A stretch of DNA of 40,466 bases from Betaproteobacteria bacterium RIFCSPLOWO2_02_FULL_68_150 (GTDB lineage: Bacteria > Pseudomonadota > Gammaproteobacteria > Burkholderiales > SG8-39). This document shows positions 1-8,997 of the stretch, in pieces (the stretch's first letter is position 1; every line of letters begins with the position of its first letter). The stretch covers positions 1 through 40,466 of the forward strand of contig MERE01000101.1 in the NCBI GenBank assembly GCA_001771975.1, in the 5' to 3' direction. Position numbers and translations under genes: made by a program. Under the pieces are notes generated by a model. That model worked only from the letters and a program-made list of their open reading frames with translations. It did no database searches and was not told the DNA's origin.

Positions 1-1
1 C

Positions 2-1201
2 GCATTCGACCCGCAGTCTGAGCGGCGGCTCCACCGCCGGGCCGGGCCTCTGCAGCCGGATCCTGAAGTGTCCGGTGACACGCGGCGCAAACTCCAGCAG
101 CACGCGGCGGATCGCCTCGGGATAGATGTTCACGCCCTTCACGATCAGCATGTCGTCGGTGCGTCCGACGATCTTGAAGCGGATGCCCGGCATGCCGCAC
201 GTGCAGGGCCTGGTCCACACCTGCAGCAAGTCGCCGAGCGCGTAGCGCATGAAGGGGCCGCCCTCCCAGTCGAGGAAGGTAAACACCATCTCGCCGACCG
301 CGCCCTCGGCGATCTCGACCGGCTTGCGCGTCTGCGGGTCGACGAGTTCGAGCAGGCAGTGGTCCTCGGACACGAAGTGCATGCCCTTGTATTCCTCGGG
401 CGGCTCGTCGCAGGAAATGCCGTGGAACGCGTGCCCGCCGCCGGTATGATCGAAGACCTTGGCGCCGAAGCCGTCGGCAAGCTTTCGCCGCACCGCCGGG
501 TTGCCGCCGCCGGGCTCGCCGACGCAGAAGAACCGGCGAAAGCCGAGCTCGCGCGCCGGCTTGCCGGTGTGCTTCGCGCATTCGTCGATCAGGTACTGCC
601 CGAACGAAGGGGTCGCGATGAGCGCATTGGGCCGCGTGAGCGCGCTGAAATCGAGCACGCGTCGCGTGCCGCCCTCGATGCCAACCGGCACCACGCAGGC
701 GCCGAGGTGCTGGATGCCCTGCGAGAGCGGCAGGCCGCCCGTGAACATGGAGAGCGACACCGCCTGGATCATCACCTGCCCCGGACGGATGCCGGCCCGC
801 CAGTATTTTCGGGCGTGCATTTCGTTCACCACGCCTACGTCGTGCGCCGTGACCGTGTAAAGCGTCGGCATGCCGGTGGTGCCGGAGGTCGCGCTCACGC
901 GGACGATCTTCTCCGCAGGGGCGCAGGCAAGCAAAGCGAACGGCGTGCCGTGTTCCGCAAGTGAGCGCTCCTGGATCCTGCGGTGCTCGTCCTTGTCCAT
1001 CAACGGCACCCGGGCAAAGTCCTCGAAGCTGCGGATGTCGGCAGGCGCAATGCCGGCGACATCCATCCTTTCGCGATAATACGGCGAGCCGGCGTAGTTG
1101 TAGGCAACCTGGCGCTTCAGCCGCTCGAGCTGCAGCGCGTGCAGCTCGTCCCGCGACATGCGCTCGATACGCTCGTTCCAGAGGAGCCGCTCAGTCGCCA
1201 T
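2..1201 (-). CDS. Phenylacetate-CoA ligase (PaaK) family protein; 3' end runs off the window
   Basis: Manual translation (not in the ORF track because there is no stop): MATERLLWNERIERMSRDELHALQLERLK..., AMP-binding loop SATSGTTGMPT, MRYALGDL, GRTDDMLIVKGVNIYP. Confidence 0.9.
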   Translation of the reverse strand, partial: MATERLLWNERIERMSRDELHALQLERLKRQVAYNYAGSPYYRERMDVAGIAPADIRSFEDFARVPLMDKDEHRRIQERSLAEHGTPFALLACAPAEKIVRVSATSGTTGMPTLYTVTAHDVGVVNEMHARKYWRAGIRPGQVMIQAVSLSMFTGGLPLSQGIQHLGACVVPVGIEGGTRRVLDFSALTRPNALIATPSFGQYLIDECAKHTGKPARELGFRRFFCVGEPGGGNPAVRRKLADGFGAKVFDHTGGGHAFHGISCDEPPEEYKGMHFVSEDHCLLELVDPQTRKPVEIAEGAVGEMVFTFLDWEGGPFMRYALGDLLQVWTRPCTCGMPGIRFKIVGRTDDMLIVKGVNIYPEAIRRVLLEFAPRVTGHFRIRLQRPGPAVEPPLRLRVEC

Positions 1202-1273
1202 GGACCGGCTGGCGGAATTCGGCACGCGGATCGGAATACGCCTCGGTGCTGACGGGATCGTTCCGGGGCCGCA

Positions 1274-3022
1274 TCATGCTTTCGCCTTTCGGATCGCCTC
1301 GGTCGCGTCTTTTTGCAAAACGAGAGAATCCGGATCGATCGCGACCCCGTAATCGCGGCGCGCGGCTTCGGCGCTGATCACACCGTTGCGCACGTCTTCG
1401 AGCACGCGATCGATCGGTCGCTCAAACGGCTCGCCGTAGCCGCCACCGCCGCCGGCAAGCTGTCTGAACACCGTACCGGCCGGAATGCCGCGCACGATCT
1501 CCTTGGTCTTCACCGGGCGCTCCTTCCCGTCAGGGAACTTCAGCGTGATCGCGTTCTTCCAGCCGGGCTTGCCGCCGAAAAAACCGAAAGCCCGCGCCTC
1601 TTCCTCGACGCCGTCGCCGAACGCCACGCCGGTGGCGTCCTCGCCGCGCATGACGAACTCGGTCTCCACGCCCAACCCGCCCCGCCAGCGCCCCGCGCCG
1701 GCAGAGTCGGTGAGGTACTCGTGCTTGATGAGGAAATGTGGATCGTGGATCTCGAACATCTCGTAGTCCTGCGCGAGAATCCCGCCCGCGCAGTTGATGA
1801 GGCCGATGTGGTCGTAGCCATCGGCCATCCAGGTACCGCCCGAGCCGCCCTTCAGGGAGAGGAAGAGAATGTCGACATACGGTGCGTTGTGGCGCGGGTC
1901 GTGTCCCGAGACCGCGAAGCCGAGAAAGCGGTTCCAGCCGGCGGTCACCATCTTCGGCAGCGCCAGGGAAAAGGCCCGGAAGATCGCGTCCGAGGTCGGC
2001 CCGGTGATCGAGTTGCCGAATGTCGTCGCCGCCGGAAAGCGGGCGTTCAGGAACGAGCCCTCGGGGTTCACGATGCGGATCGGCCGCAGGATCCCGGCGT
2101 TGTGCGGGATGTCGGGCTTGATCAGCATGAGGAACGTGAGCAGCAGCGCCGACGCAGTCGCCGAGTACGGCGCGTTGACGAAGCCCGGCGTCTGCGCCGA
2201 GGAACCGGAAAAGTCGAAGGTGACCGCCTCGCCCCTGATGGTCACCGCAAGGTTGATCTTCATCTTCGTGCCGTCGGTCACGCCGTCGTAAAACGCCCAC
2301 GACTCGCCGCGGTAAAGGCCATCCGGTATGGCCTGGATTTCCTTGCGCACCATCTTTTCCGCGCTGTCGAAAAGATGCCCGATCAACCCCGCCAGCTTGC
2401 GTTCGCCGAAGCGCGCAATGAGCTGCTTGAAGCCGCGCTCGCCTACCGTGCAGCCCCCGATCTGCGCCTTGATGTCCTCCTCGACGATCCGCAGCCGGAT
2501 GTTGGCGAAGATGAGGTTCCAGACATCCCGCCGCAGCTTGCCGCGTTCGTGGATCTTGACCGCCGGAATGCGCAGCGCCTCCTGCCAGACTTCGCGCGCC
2601 TCCGGGTTGTACCCGCCGCGCACCGCGCCGCCGATGTCCGCCTGGTGGCCCTTGCACGCGGCCCATGCGACCAGTTTCCTGCCGTGGAAGATCGGCTTGA
2701 ACACGGCGACGTCGTTGTTCTGGTTGCCGCCGCTGAAGACGTCGTTGTGCAGGATGACGTCGCCGGGATGAATGTCGTCGCCGAAAAAGCGCAGCACGTT
2801 CTCGCACGCCGGCTGCAGCGCGAACGCGAGCACCGGGATGTACTCGGTCTGCTCGAGCATCTGGCCCTTCGCGTCGTACAGGCCGGTGACGAAGTCGCGC
2901 GCCTCGTTCAGGATGGGCGAGCGCGTCGTACGCAGGAGCGTGAGCCCCATTTCCTCGGTGATCGACTTCAGCCGCCGCTGCAGCACCGAGACCTGGATCG
3001 GATCCGGTTTTGTCTTCTTCAT
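1274..3022 (-). CDS. Hydantoinase B/oxoprolinase family subunit
   Basis: MKKTKPDPIQ...ITEEMGLTLLRTTRSPILNEARDF, HQADIGG, DSAGAGRWRGG, GGGGGYGEP; ATG overlaps the stop of the A subunit (ATGA), so the start is 3022 and not 4081. Confidence 0.93.
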   Translation of the reverse strand: MKKTKPDPIQVSVLQRRLKSITEEMGLTLLRTTRSPILNEARDFVTGLYDAKGQMLEQTEYIPVLAFALQPACENVLRFFGDDIHPGDVILHNDVFSGGNQNNDVAVFKPIFHGRKLVAWAACKGHQADIGGAVRGGYNPEAREVWQEALRIPAVKIHERGKLRRDVWNLIFANIRLRIVEEDIKAQIGGCTVGERGFKQLIARFGERKLAGLIGHLFDSAEKMVRKEIQAIPDGLYRGESWAFYDGVTDGTKMKINLAVTIRGEAVTFDFSGSSAQTPGFVNAPYSATASALLLTFLMLIKPDIPHNAGILRPIRIVNPEGSFLNARFPAATTFGNSITGPTSDAIFRAFSLALPKMVTAGWNRFLGFAVSGHDPRHNAPYVDILFLSLKGGSGGTWMADGYDHIGLINCAGGILAQDYEMFEIHDPHFLIKHEYLTDSAGAGRWRGGLGVETEFVMRGEDATGVAFGDGVEEEARAFGFFGGKPGWKNAITLKFPDGKERPVKTKEIVRGIPAGTVFRQLAGGGGGYGEPFERPIDRVLEDVRNGVISAEAARRDYGVAIDPDSLVLQKDATEAIRKAKA

Positions 3023-5091
3023 GTCGTCAGAATGCAGTTGCCGAGCGCATCGTACTCGGCCCGGTATCCCGTGGGCACGACAATGCTCGTGTTTACGCTC
3101 TCGAGAATGGCGGGGCCCGCGAGACGGTTGCCATGGCCGAGCCGGTCGCCATCGTAGACCGGCACCTTGCCGAACTTCCGATCGCCGGGCAGGTAGGCGA
3201 GGCGCGTGCCCTTCAAGGCGTGGCGCGGGCTTGCGCTCGCGCGCGCCCGGCGCTCGAGCCTCGGTTTGGCCGTGAGGCCGATTGCGCCGAGCCGCAGGTT
3301 GAGGAGCTCCACGGTGGTGCCCTCCTCGCGCAGCGAATAGCCGTAGAGCCGGTCGTGCTGCTCGTGAAAGCGCCGGCGGACCGCATTCCAGTCGGACTTG
3401 CGAACGGCCTGCTCCGGCACCTCGACGTTCACCTCGTGGTACTGGCCGAGATAGCGCAGGTCCATGCTGCATCGAAGGCGCTGGCGCCGGAGCGCAATTC
3501 CCTCCCCTTTCAGCGTGACGCGCGCCTCGGCCTGCATCTCGCGCAGGAGTTCGTGGATCCGCCCGCTGTCGCCGCCGCCGGCTGGCAAGGCGCCGGCGCA
3601 ACTCCGGACGTAGTCGTGCTTGAGGTCCGTGCGCAGCATTCCCGAGGCGCAGAAAATCGAGGATTCGCGCGGCATCAGGATGCGCCGGATGCCGAGCTCG
3701 GCGGCTATCGCGGCGCCGTGTATGGGACCGGCGCCGCCCGCGCAGATCAGCGGGAACTCGCGCGGGTCGTACCCTTTCTGCACCGAGATCTCGCGGATGG
3801 CGGAAGCCATGTTCACGTTGATGACGTGATACATGCCATGCGCGGCTTCGACGATATCCATGCCGAGCGGCTTCGCGATGCGGTCCCGGATGGCGCGCTC
3901 GGCGGCGCGCACGTCGAGCCGGATGCGTCCGCCGGCGAAAAACTCCGCGCAGAGGTAACCGAGCACCAGATTCGCATCCGTGCACGTGGGCTCCACCCCC
4001 CCGCGGCCGTAGCACGCCGGTCCGGGATCCGCTCCCGCGCTCTGCGGACCCATGTGCAGCAGACCGCCGTCGTCGATCCACGCGATCGAGCCACCGCCGG
4101 CGCCGACCGTGTTGATTTCCATCGAGGGCAGCGCAAGCGCGTAACGATTGACCGTGCCCGAGGTCGTGACCGCGGGCGCGCCATTCCTCACCAGGGCGGC
4201 GTCGAAGCTGGTGCCCCCCATGTCCACCGTGATGAAGCTCCGCTCGCGCTGCGCCGCCATGCAGGCGAGCCCCGCCGCCGGCGCAGCCGCCGGCCCGGAG
4301 AGCAGCGTCATCGCGGCCAGCCGCGCCACAGCCTGCGGCGAGGCAACGCCGCCGTTGGACTGCATGATGAGAAGCGTGCCACGGTAGCGCAACTCGTCCA
4401 GTTTGCGCGTGAGGCTGCGCAGGTAGCGCGACAGAATCGGCCCGACCCCCGCGTTCAGCACGGTGGTGCTGGTGCGCTCGTAGAAACGCACCTGGGGCAG
4501 GACCTCCGAGGACACCGAAACATAAACCTCCGGCAGCGCCTCGCGCACCAGCCGCGCCGCTTCGGCTTCGTTCCTGCGGTTCGCATGCGAGTGCAGAAAG
4601 CAGATGGCGACGGCTTCGACACCGCCGCTGCGGAAGCGCTCGATCGCCGCGGCGACGTCGGCGGCGGCGAGCGGCGCGACGATCGCGCCCCCGGCGTCCA
4701 CCCGCTCAGTCACCGGGAGACGCAGGTAGCGCGGGACGATGGGCGCGGGCGGGTGATAGCGGTTGTCGTACATCTCCTCGCGCACGCCCCGGCGCATCTG
4801 CAGGGCGTCGCGAAACCCGCGCGTGGTGAGCAGTCCCGTGCGCGCCGCATTTCCGGTGAGCACGGCATTGGTGGTGACCGTCGTGCCGTGCACGATGCGC
4901 TCGATCTCGCGAACGAAGCGCTCGAACGGAATCGACTGCCGCTGCGCGAGCGCGGCGAGCCCCGCCATGACGGCATTCGACGGATCGGCCGGGGTGGACA
5001 GCTCCTTGTGCACCGATGTGCGGCCGCCCCGTGCCATGAGCAGGAAATCGGTGAACGTGCCGCCGACGTCGATGCCGATCTTGAATCCCAT
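3019..5091 (-). CDS. Hydantoinase A/oxoprolinase family subunit (ATP-binding)
   Basis: IGIDVGGTFTD, HGTTVTTNA, LLSGPAAA, DMGGTSFD, GAGGGSIAW, GPQSAGADPGPACY. Confidence 0.95.
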   Translation of the reverse strand: MGFKIGIDVGGTFTDFLLMARGGRTSVHKELSTPADPSNAVMAGLAALAQRQSIPFERFVREIERIVHGTTVTTNAVLTGNAARTGLLTTRGFRDALQMRRGVREEMYDNRYHPPAPIVPRYLRLPVTERVDAGGAIVAPLAAADVAAAIERFRSGGVEAVAICFLHSHANRRNEAEAARLVREALPEVYVSVSSEVLPQVRFYERTSTTVLNAGVGPILSRYLRSLTRKLDELRYRGTLLIMQSNGGVASPQAVARLAAMTLLSGPAAAPAAGLACMAAQRERSFITVDMGGTSFDAALVRNGAPAVTTSGTVNRYALALPSMEINTVGAGGGSIAWIDDGGLLHMGPQSAGADPGPACYGRGGVEPTCTDANLVLGYLCAEFFAGGRIRLDVRAAERAIRDRIAKPLGMDIVEAAHGMYHVINVNMASAIREISVQKGYDPREFPLICAGGAGPIHGAAIAAELGIRRILMPRESSIFCASGMLRTDLKHDYVRSCAGALPAGGGDSGRIHELLREMQAEARVTLKGEGIALRRQRLRCSMDLRYLGQYHEVNVEVPEQAVRKSDWNAVRRRFHEQHDRLYGYSLREEGTTVELLNLRLGAIGLTAKPRLERRARASASPRHALKGTRLAYLPGDRKFGKVPVYDGDRLGHGNRLAGPAILESVNTSIVVPTGYRAEYDALGNCILTT

Positions 5092-5098
5092 GCTGTGA

Positions 5099-6289
5099 CT
5101 ACCGCGACCAACGCACCGGCAGATTGATCACCGTAAGAACGGTGAGCATGAGCGCCACCACGACCGAGTAGAAAACCGCCGACGCGCGTCCCTCGTCGAG
5201 CAGCCAGCCGAAAAACACCGGCGTGACCATCGAGCCGACGTCGAGCCCGGAGTAGACGAAGCCGTAAACCTTGCCGGTCGCCCCCGGCGGCGTGGTCGTG
5301 CGCACGATCAGGTCGCGCGAAGGGTTGGTGATGCCGCTCGCAAAACCCGTAGCCGCCAGCAGCGGCGCGAGCATCGCCGCCGGCAGCCACGCGGCGGCGA
5401 GCACGAACATGAATGCCGCGCTCACCAGCATGCCGCTCACCGCCACCCGATCGTGGCGCTGAAAGCGCGCCGCGATGAAGCCGCCGGTGAAAATGCCGGC
5501 CGCGGCACCAAGGAGGTATGCGGTGAGCGCGGCCGAAGCGAGGGCTGCGCTCGCCCCGTAGAGCGCGATCAGGGTCGCGACCCCGAAGGTCTGGATGGCG
5601 ATGAAGCCGACCGCGATGAAGAGAAAGTAGCCGAAGCACATCAGCACCGGGGTCGACATCAGTACCTGCACGTCGGCGGCCAGCCCGCCAGCGCCGCGGC
5701 GCGCGTCGGCGGGCTCCACGTAGAGCGCGGCGCGCTGCGTGATGACGAACGCGGTCACCACCGCGCCGAGCGCTGCCGCGGCAAGGAGCGCACTGCGCCA
5801 ACCGAATGCGCTCGCCATGCCGGCGCTGAACCCGGGCGCCGCTGCATAACCGAGAAAGCCCGCGATGCCATGCCAGCTGAAAGCGTAACCGAGGCGGCCC
5901 GGATCGACGCGTGCATTCAGGATCGCGAAATCCGATGGATGAAAAACACTGTTGCCCAGTCCGCCGATGAGCGCCGCAGCCAGCAGCGCTTCGTAATCGC
6001 GCGCCAGCCCGGCGAGCAGCGCGCCCGCGACGCAGAGCGCCAGGCCGCCGAACAAGACACGGCGCGCACCGAAGCGGTCCACGGCAAACCCGGCCAGCGT
6101 CTGGCAGACCCCGGACACGACGTAGTAGAGCGCGATGGTCGCGCCGAGCGCGGCATAGGACACGCCCAGATCTTCGCGGATGAGCGGAAACAGCACCGCG
6201 GTCGCGATCTGGTAGAAGTGCGACAGGCCGTGTGCCAGCGCCACCAGCCCGATCACCCGGGCATCCCGCCGCAGGGCGTGCGCCGTCAT
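5099..6289 (-). CDS. MFS transporter (Fsr-like)
   Basis: About 12 hydrophobic segments, motif A-like GFAVDRFGARR, GLGNSVFHP. Confidence 0.9.
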   Translation of the reverse strand: MTAHALRRDARVIGLVALAHGLSHFYQIATAVLFPLIREDLGVSYAALGATIALYYVVSGVCQTLAGFAVDRFGARRVLFGGLALCVAGALLAGLARDYEALLAAALIGGLGNSVFHPSDFAILNARVDPGRLGYAFSWHGIAGFLGYAAAPGFSAGMASAFGWRSALLAAAALGAVVTAFVITQRAALYVEPADARRGAGGLAADVQVLMSTPVLMCFGYFLFIAVGFIAIQTFGVATLIALYGASAALASAALTAYLLGAAAGIFTGGFIAARFQRHDRVAVSGMLVSAAFMFVLAAAWLPAAMLAPLLAATGFASGITNPSRDLIVRTTTPPGATGKVYGFVYSGLDVGSMVTPVFFGWLLDEGRASAVFYSVVVALMLTVLTVINLPVRWSR

Positions 6290-6290
6290 T

Positions 6291-7046
6291 TCAGCCGAGC
6301 GAGCCGATGAAGCGCGTCAGGGCGGCGAGCACCGCCTCGGGTTGGTCGCGCTGCGGCGAATGGCCGCAGCGCGGCAGCTCGAGCAGCTCGCAGCGGGACG
6401 GCACCTGGCGCTGGATCGCCTCCAGCTGGGCCATCGTGCCGTACTCGTCGTCCGCGCCCTGGATCGCGAGCACCGGCGCGCGAATCCGCGGCAGGCATTC
6501 CTCGATGTTCCAGCGCCGGAACTCGGGATCGAGCCAGACGTCGTTCCACAGGTAGAAGGTCTTCGCCGGGTCGCGATGGTACTTTCCCAGCCGTTCGCGG
6601 ATGTCGCTCGATTCGAAGGTGTGTTTTGCCCGGACGATGCTGCGAATGCAGATATCCTCGACGAACACGTGCGGCGCCAGCAAAGCGAGGCCGCGTACCG
6701 GATGGCCCGCGCCGGCATGAATCAGCGCGATCGAAGCGCCGTCCGAATGCCCGACCAGGACCGGCGCCTCGATGCCGAGCGCGGCCAGCACCTGCGGCAG
6801 CGACTCGAGCGCCTCGTCGTGCATGAAGCGCACGCCGAGGCGCGGCTCGGCGAGCACATCCGAGAAGCCATAGCCGTAGCGGTTGTACACGAGCGCGCGG
6901 CAGCCGCTCGCCTGCGCTGCGCGCGCGGGAAAGTCGCGCCACTGCCGGATCGAGCCGAGCCCTTCGTGCAGGAAGACCAGCGCCGGCTCCGCGCCCTCGA
7001 TCCATTCGTACTCGAGCGACCGGCGGGCGGCAGTGAGAAAAGGCAT
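6291..7046 (-). CDS. Alpha/beta-fold hydrolase
   Basis: FLHEGLGS, nucleophile elbow GHSDGAS, QGADDEYG, GHSPQRD. Confidence 0.92.
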   Translation of the reverse strand: MPFLTAARRSLEYEWIEGAEPALVFLHEGLGSIRQWRDFPARAAQASGCRALVYNRYGYGFSDVLAEPRLGVRFMHDEALESLPQVLAALGIEAPVLVGHSDGASIALIHAGAGHPVRGLALLAPHVFVEDICIRSIVRAKHTFESSDIRERLGKYHRDPAKTFYLWNDVWLDPEFRRWNIEECLPRIRAPVLAIQGADDEYGTMAQLEAIQRQVPSRCELLELPRCGHSPQRDQPEAVLAALTRFIGSLG

Positions 7047-7082
7047 CGGCGCAGGTTAGCACGCAGGTGATAATCGCCCGCG

Positions 7083-7976
7083 ATGCGTTTCACCGCGTAC
7101 CTCGTCCTGCTCGCCACGCTGGTCCTCTGGTCGGGGAACTGGGTCGTGGCGCGCGCGGTGCGCGACGATATCTCGCCGGGGATTGCCACCGCGGGCCGGC
7201 TGGTGATCGTGATCGCGCTCCTGGCGCCGTTTTGCTGGCGCGGCTTGCGCGAACCGCTCGGCAGCTTCACGCGCCGCGACTGGCAGGTGCTCGCCGCGCT
7301 CGGCTTCACCGGCGGCGGCCTGCACCTCGCCTGCCAATGGCTCGGCCTGCACTACACCACCGCGACCAGCGCCGTGCTCTACCTCTCTACGGCGCCCGTG
7401 TTCATTCTCCTGCTGGCGCGGCCGCTGCTGGGAGAACGCATCGCGTCGCGGCAATGGCTCGGGGTACTGATCTCGTTCGTCGGCGTCGCGGTCATCGGCA
7501 TGCAGGGCGAACTGGTCACGCCTTCCTTCAACCGCGGCGACCTGCTCGCGCTCCTCTCGATGGCGATGTGGGGCTCGTACACGGTGGTGCTGCGCCTGAG
7601 GCGCGACGCACTCGACACGCCGCAGTACCTCACGCTGCTGTGCGCGGCGGGCCTCGTTTTCATGCTTCCCTGGATCGCCTGGGAATTCGCCGGCAGCGCG
7701 AAACTTGCCCTGACCCCGATGGGTGCGCTCGGCGTGCTCTATTCCGCCATCGGTTCGCTGCTGCTCGCCTACGCCGGCTGGAGTTACGTCGTGACGCGGC
7801 TGGGCGCGGCGCGGGCCGGCGCCACGATGCATCTGATGCCCGCGATCGGGGTCGGGCTCGCGGCGCTGTTTCTCGGCGAAACTCCGCGCTGGTACCACTT
7901 CGCCGGCATTGCGTTGATCCTCACCGGCGTAGGGTTGTCCACCTTCAAAGCCTCACGGGCTTCCAGTAGCCGGTGA
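7083..7976 (+). CDS. DMT/EamA family transporter
   Basis: About 10 TM segments, LWSGNWVVAR, two repeats ending LLGE/FLGE. Confidence 0.9.
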   Translation: MRFTAYLVLLATLVLWSGNWVVARAVRDDISPGIATAGRLVIVIALLAPFCWRGLREPLGSFTRRDWQVLAALGFTGGGLHLACQWLGLHYTTATSAVLYLSTAPVFILLLARPLLGERIASRQWLGVLISFVGVAVIGMQGELVTPSFNRGDLLALLSMAMWGSYTVVLRLRRDALDTPQYLTLLCAAGLVFMLPWIAWEFAGSAKLALTPMGALGVLYSAIGSLLLAYAGWSYVVTRLGAARAGATMHLMPAIGVGLAALFLGETPRWYHFAGIALILTGVGLSTFKASRASSSR

Positions 7977-8997
7977 GTTCGAGGTACCCGCGCCCGGCTT
8001 CGCGGCCGCGCTGCAGTGCGCGCACTGCGCCTTCCCAGTAGATCGTGCCGGTGCTGGCGCGCGCGTCGAGTTCCTGATCGTCCATGAGCGGCGCGAGTTC
8101 CCAACTCTCGCTCCCCGCGGTCACGCGCATCGCCACCGGATATTCGACCCCGGTGCGCGGCGAGCGCCAGCGGCGCCGGGGTTCGAATGCGATTTCGCCC
8201 GGTGCGAAGACGCGCCGATGCCCTTGCGCACCGAGCAAGGTGCCGCCGGCGTAATGCGCCGCGCCCTGCCGGTCGCGCATGCGAAACGCCATCAGCGCGC
8301 CGCCATCGGCGAGTTCGATTCCGACCCAGTCCCAGCCCGCGGCCTCCGGCGCCATCAGGGTGCTCGACCATTCGTGGTCGAGCCAAGCGCTGCCCGACAC
8401 CGGCTCGCTGCCGTTGCCGCGGTCCACGGCGCCGCGCGCGGCGAGCCGCGGTCGGCTGTAGTAGTAGCTTGCTTCGCCGGCGCGCCGGCCCTTGCGGCTG
8501 TATCCTGCCTCGCCTTGTTCGAGCGGCGGGTCGCTCGCCTCGAGCTCCAGTTCGAGCGAAAAATCCCGCGCCGCAAGGCGCGTGCGATAACGCCCGCCCT
8601 CCAGCGCCAGGCGCCAGTCGTCGAGCCACACCGCGGTGGTCTCCTCGCTCGCGCCCGCGAGTCCGAGCGCTACGCGCGCTGCGCGCTGGTCGTGGCGCAG
8701 GCGCCCGAACACCGGGTCGGCCAGCGCCGCGTGCGCGAGGAGGATCTGCCGCGGCGCTTGGCGGCTCGGATTGGCACTGTCGAACGGCGGCCGGGCGCGG
8801 AAGAAGGTCACCTGGAAGCCGAGTGGCTCGCTGCGCGCGGTATGCAACCAGCCCGTCAGGTACCACCACTCGCTGCGGTATTCGGGATGCGCGCCGTGAT
8901 CGCGCGGAAAGCTCAGGCCGCGCCGCGGCTCGACCGCCGGGTAGCGCACCTCGAGCGTCATCGCCCCGATCGCGGCAAGGAACTCGCGGCGCCTCAC
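7945..8997 (-). CDS. Lipocalin-like/CrtC-AttH family secreted protein
   Basis: FPRDHGAHPEYRSEWWYLTG, ASYYYSRP, WLDHEWSS, GWDW, YWEG, GYLELTGY; RRREFL twin-arginine-like N-terminus; GTG overlaps the permease stop. Confidence 0.9.
   Translation of the reverse strand: MRRREFLAAIGAMTLEVRYPAVEPRRGLSFPRDHGAHPEYRSEWWYLTGWLHTARSEPLGFQVTFFRARPPFDSANPSRQAPRQILLAHAALADPVFGRLRHDQRAARVALGLAGASEETTAVWLDDWRLALEGGRYRTRLAARDFSLELELEASDPPLEQGEAGYSRKGRRAGEASYYYSRPRLAARGAVDRGNGSEPVSGSAWLDHEWSSTLMAPEAAGWDWVGIELADGGALMAFRMRDRQGAAHYAGGTLLGAQGHRRVFAPGEIAFEPRRRWRSPRTGVEYPVAMRVTAGSESWELAPLMDDQELDARASTGTIYWEGAVRALQRGREAGRGYLELTGYWKPVRL

Noticed and set aside
1274-4081. 935-aa fused hydantoinase B ORF
   Set aside because: The N-terminal extension overlaps the A subunit in another frame; the real start is the ATGA-coupled ATG at 3022.
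68-5127. Long plus-strand ORFs (68-964, 1313-3157, 3010-5127) and similar antisense ORFs elsewhere
   Set aside because: They are shadow frames of well-supported opposite-strand genes in high-GC DNA and carry no motifs.
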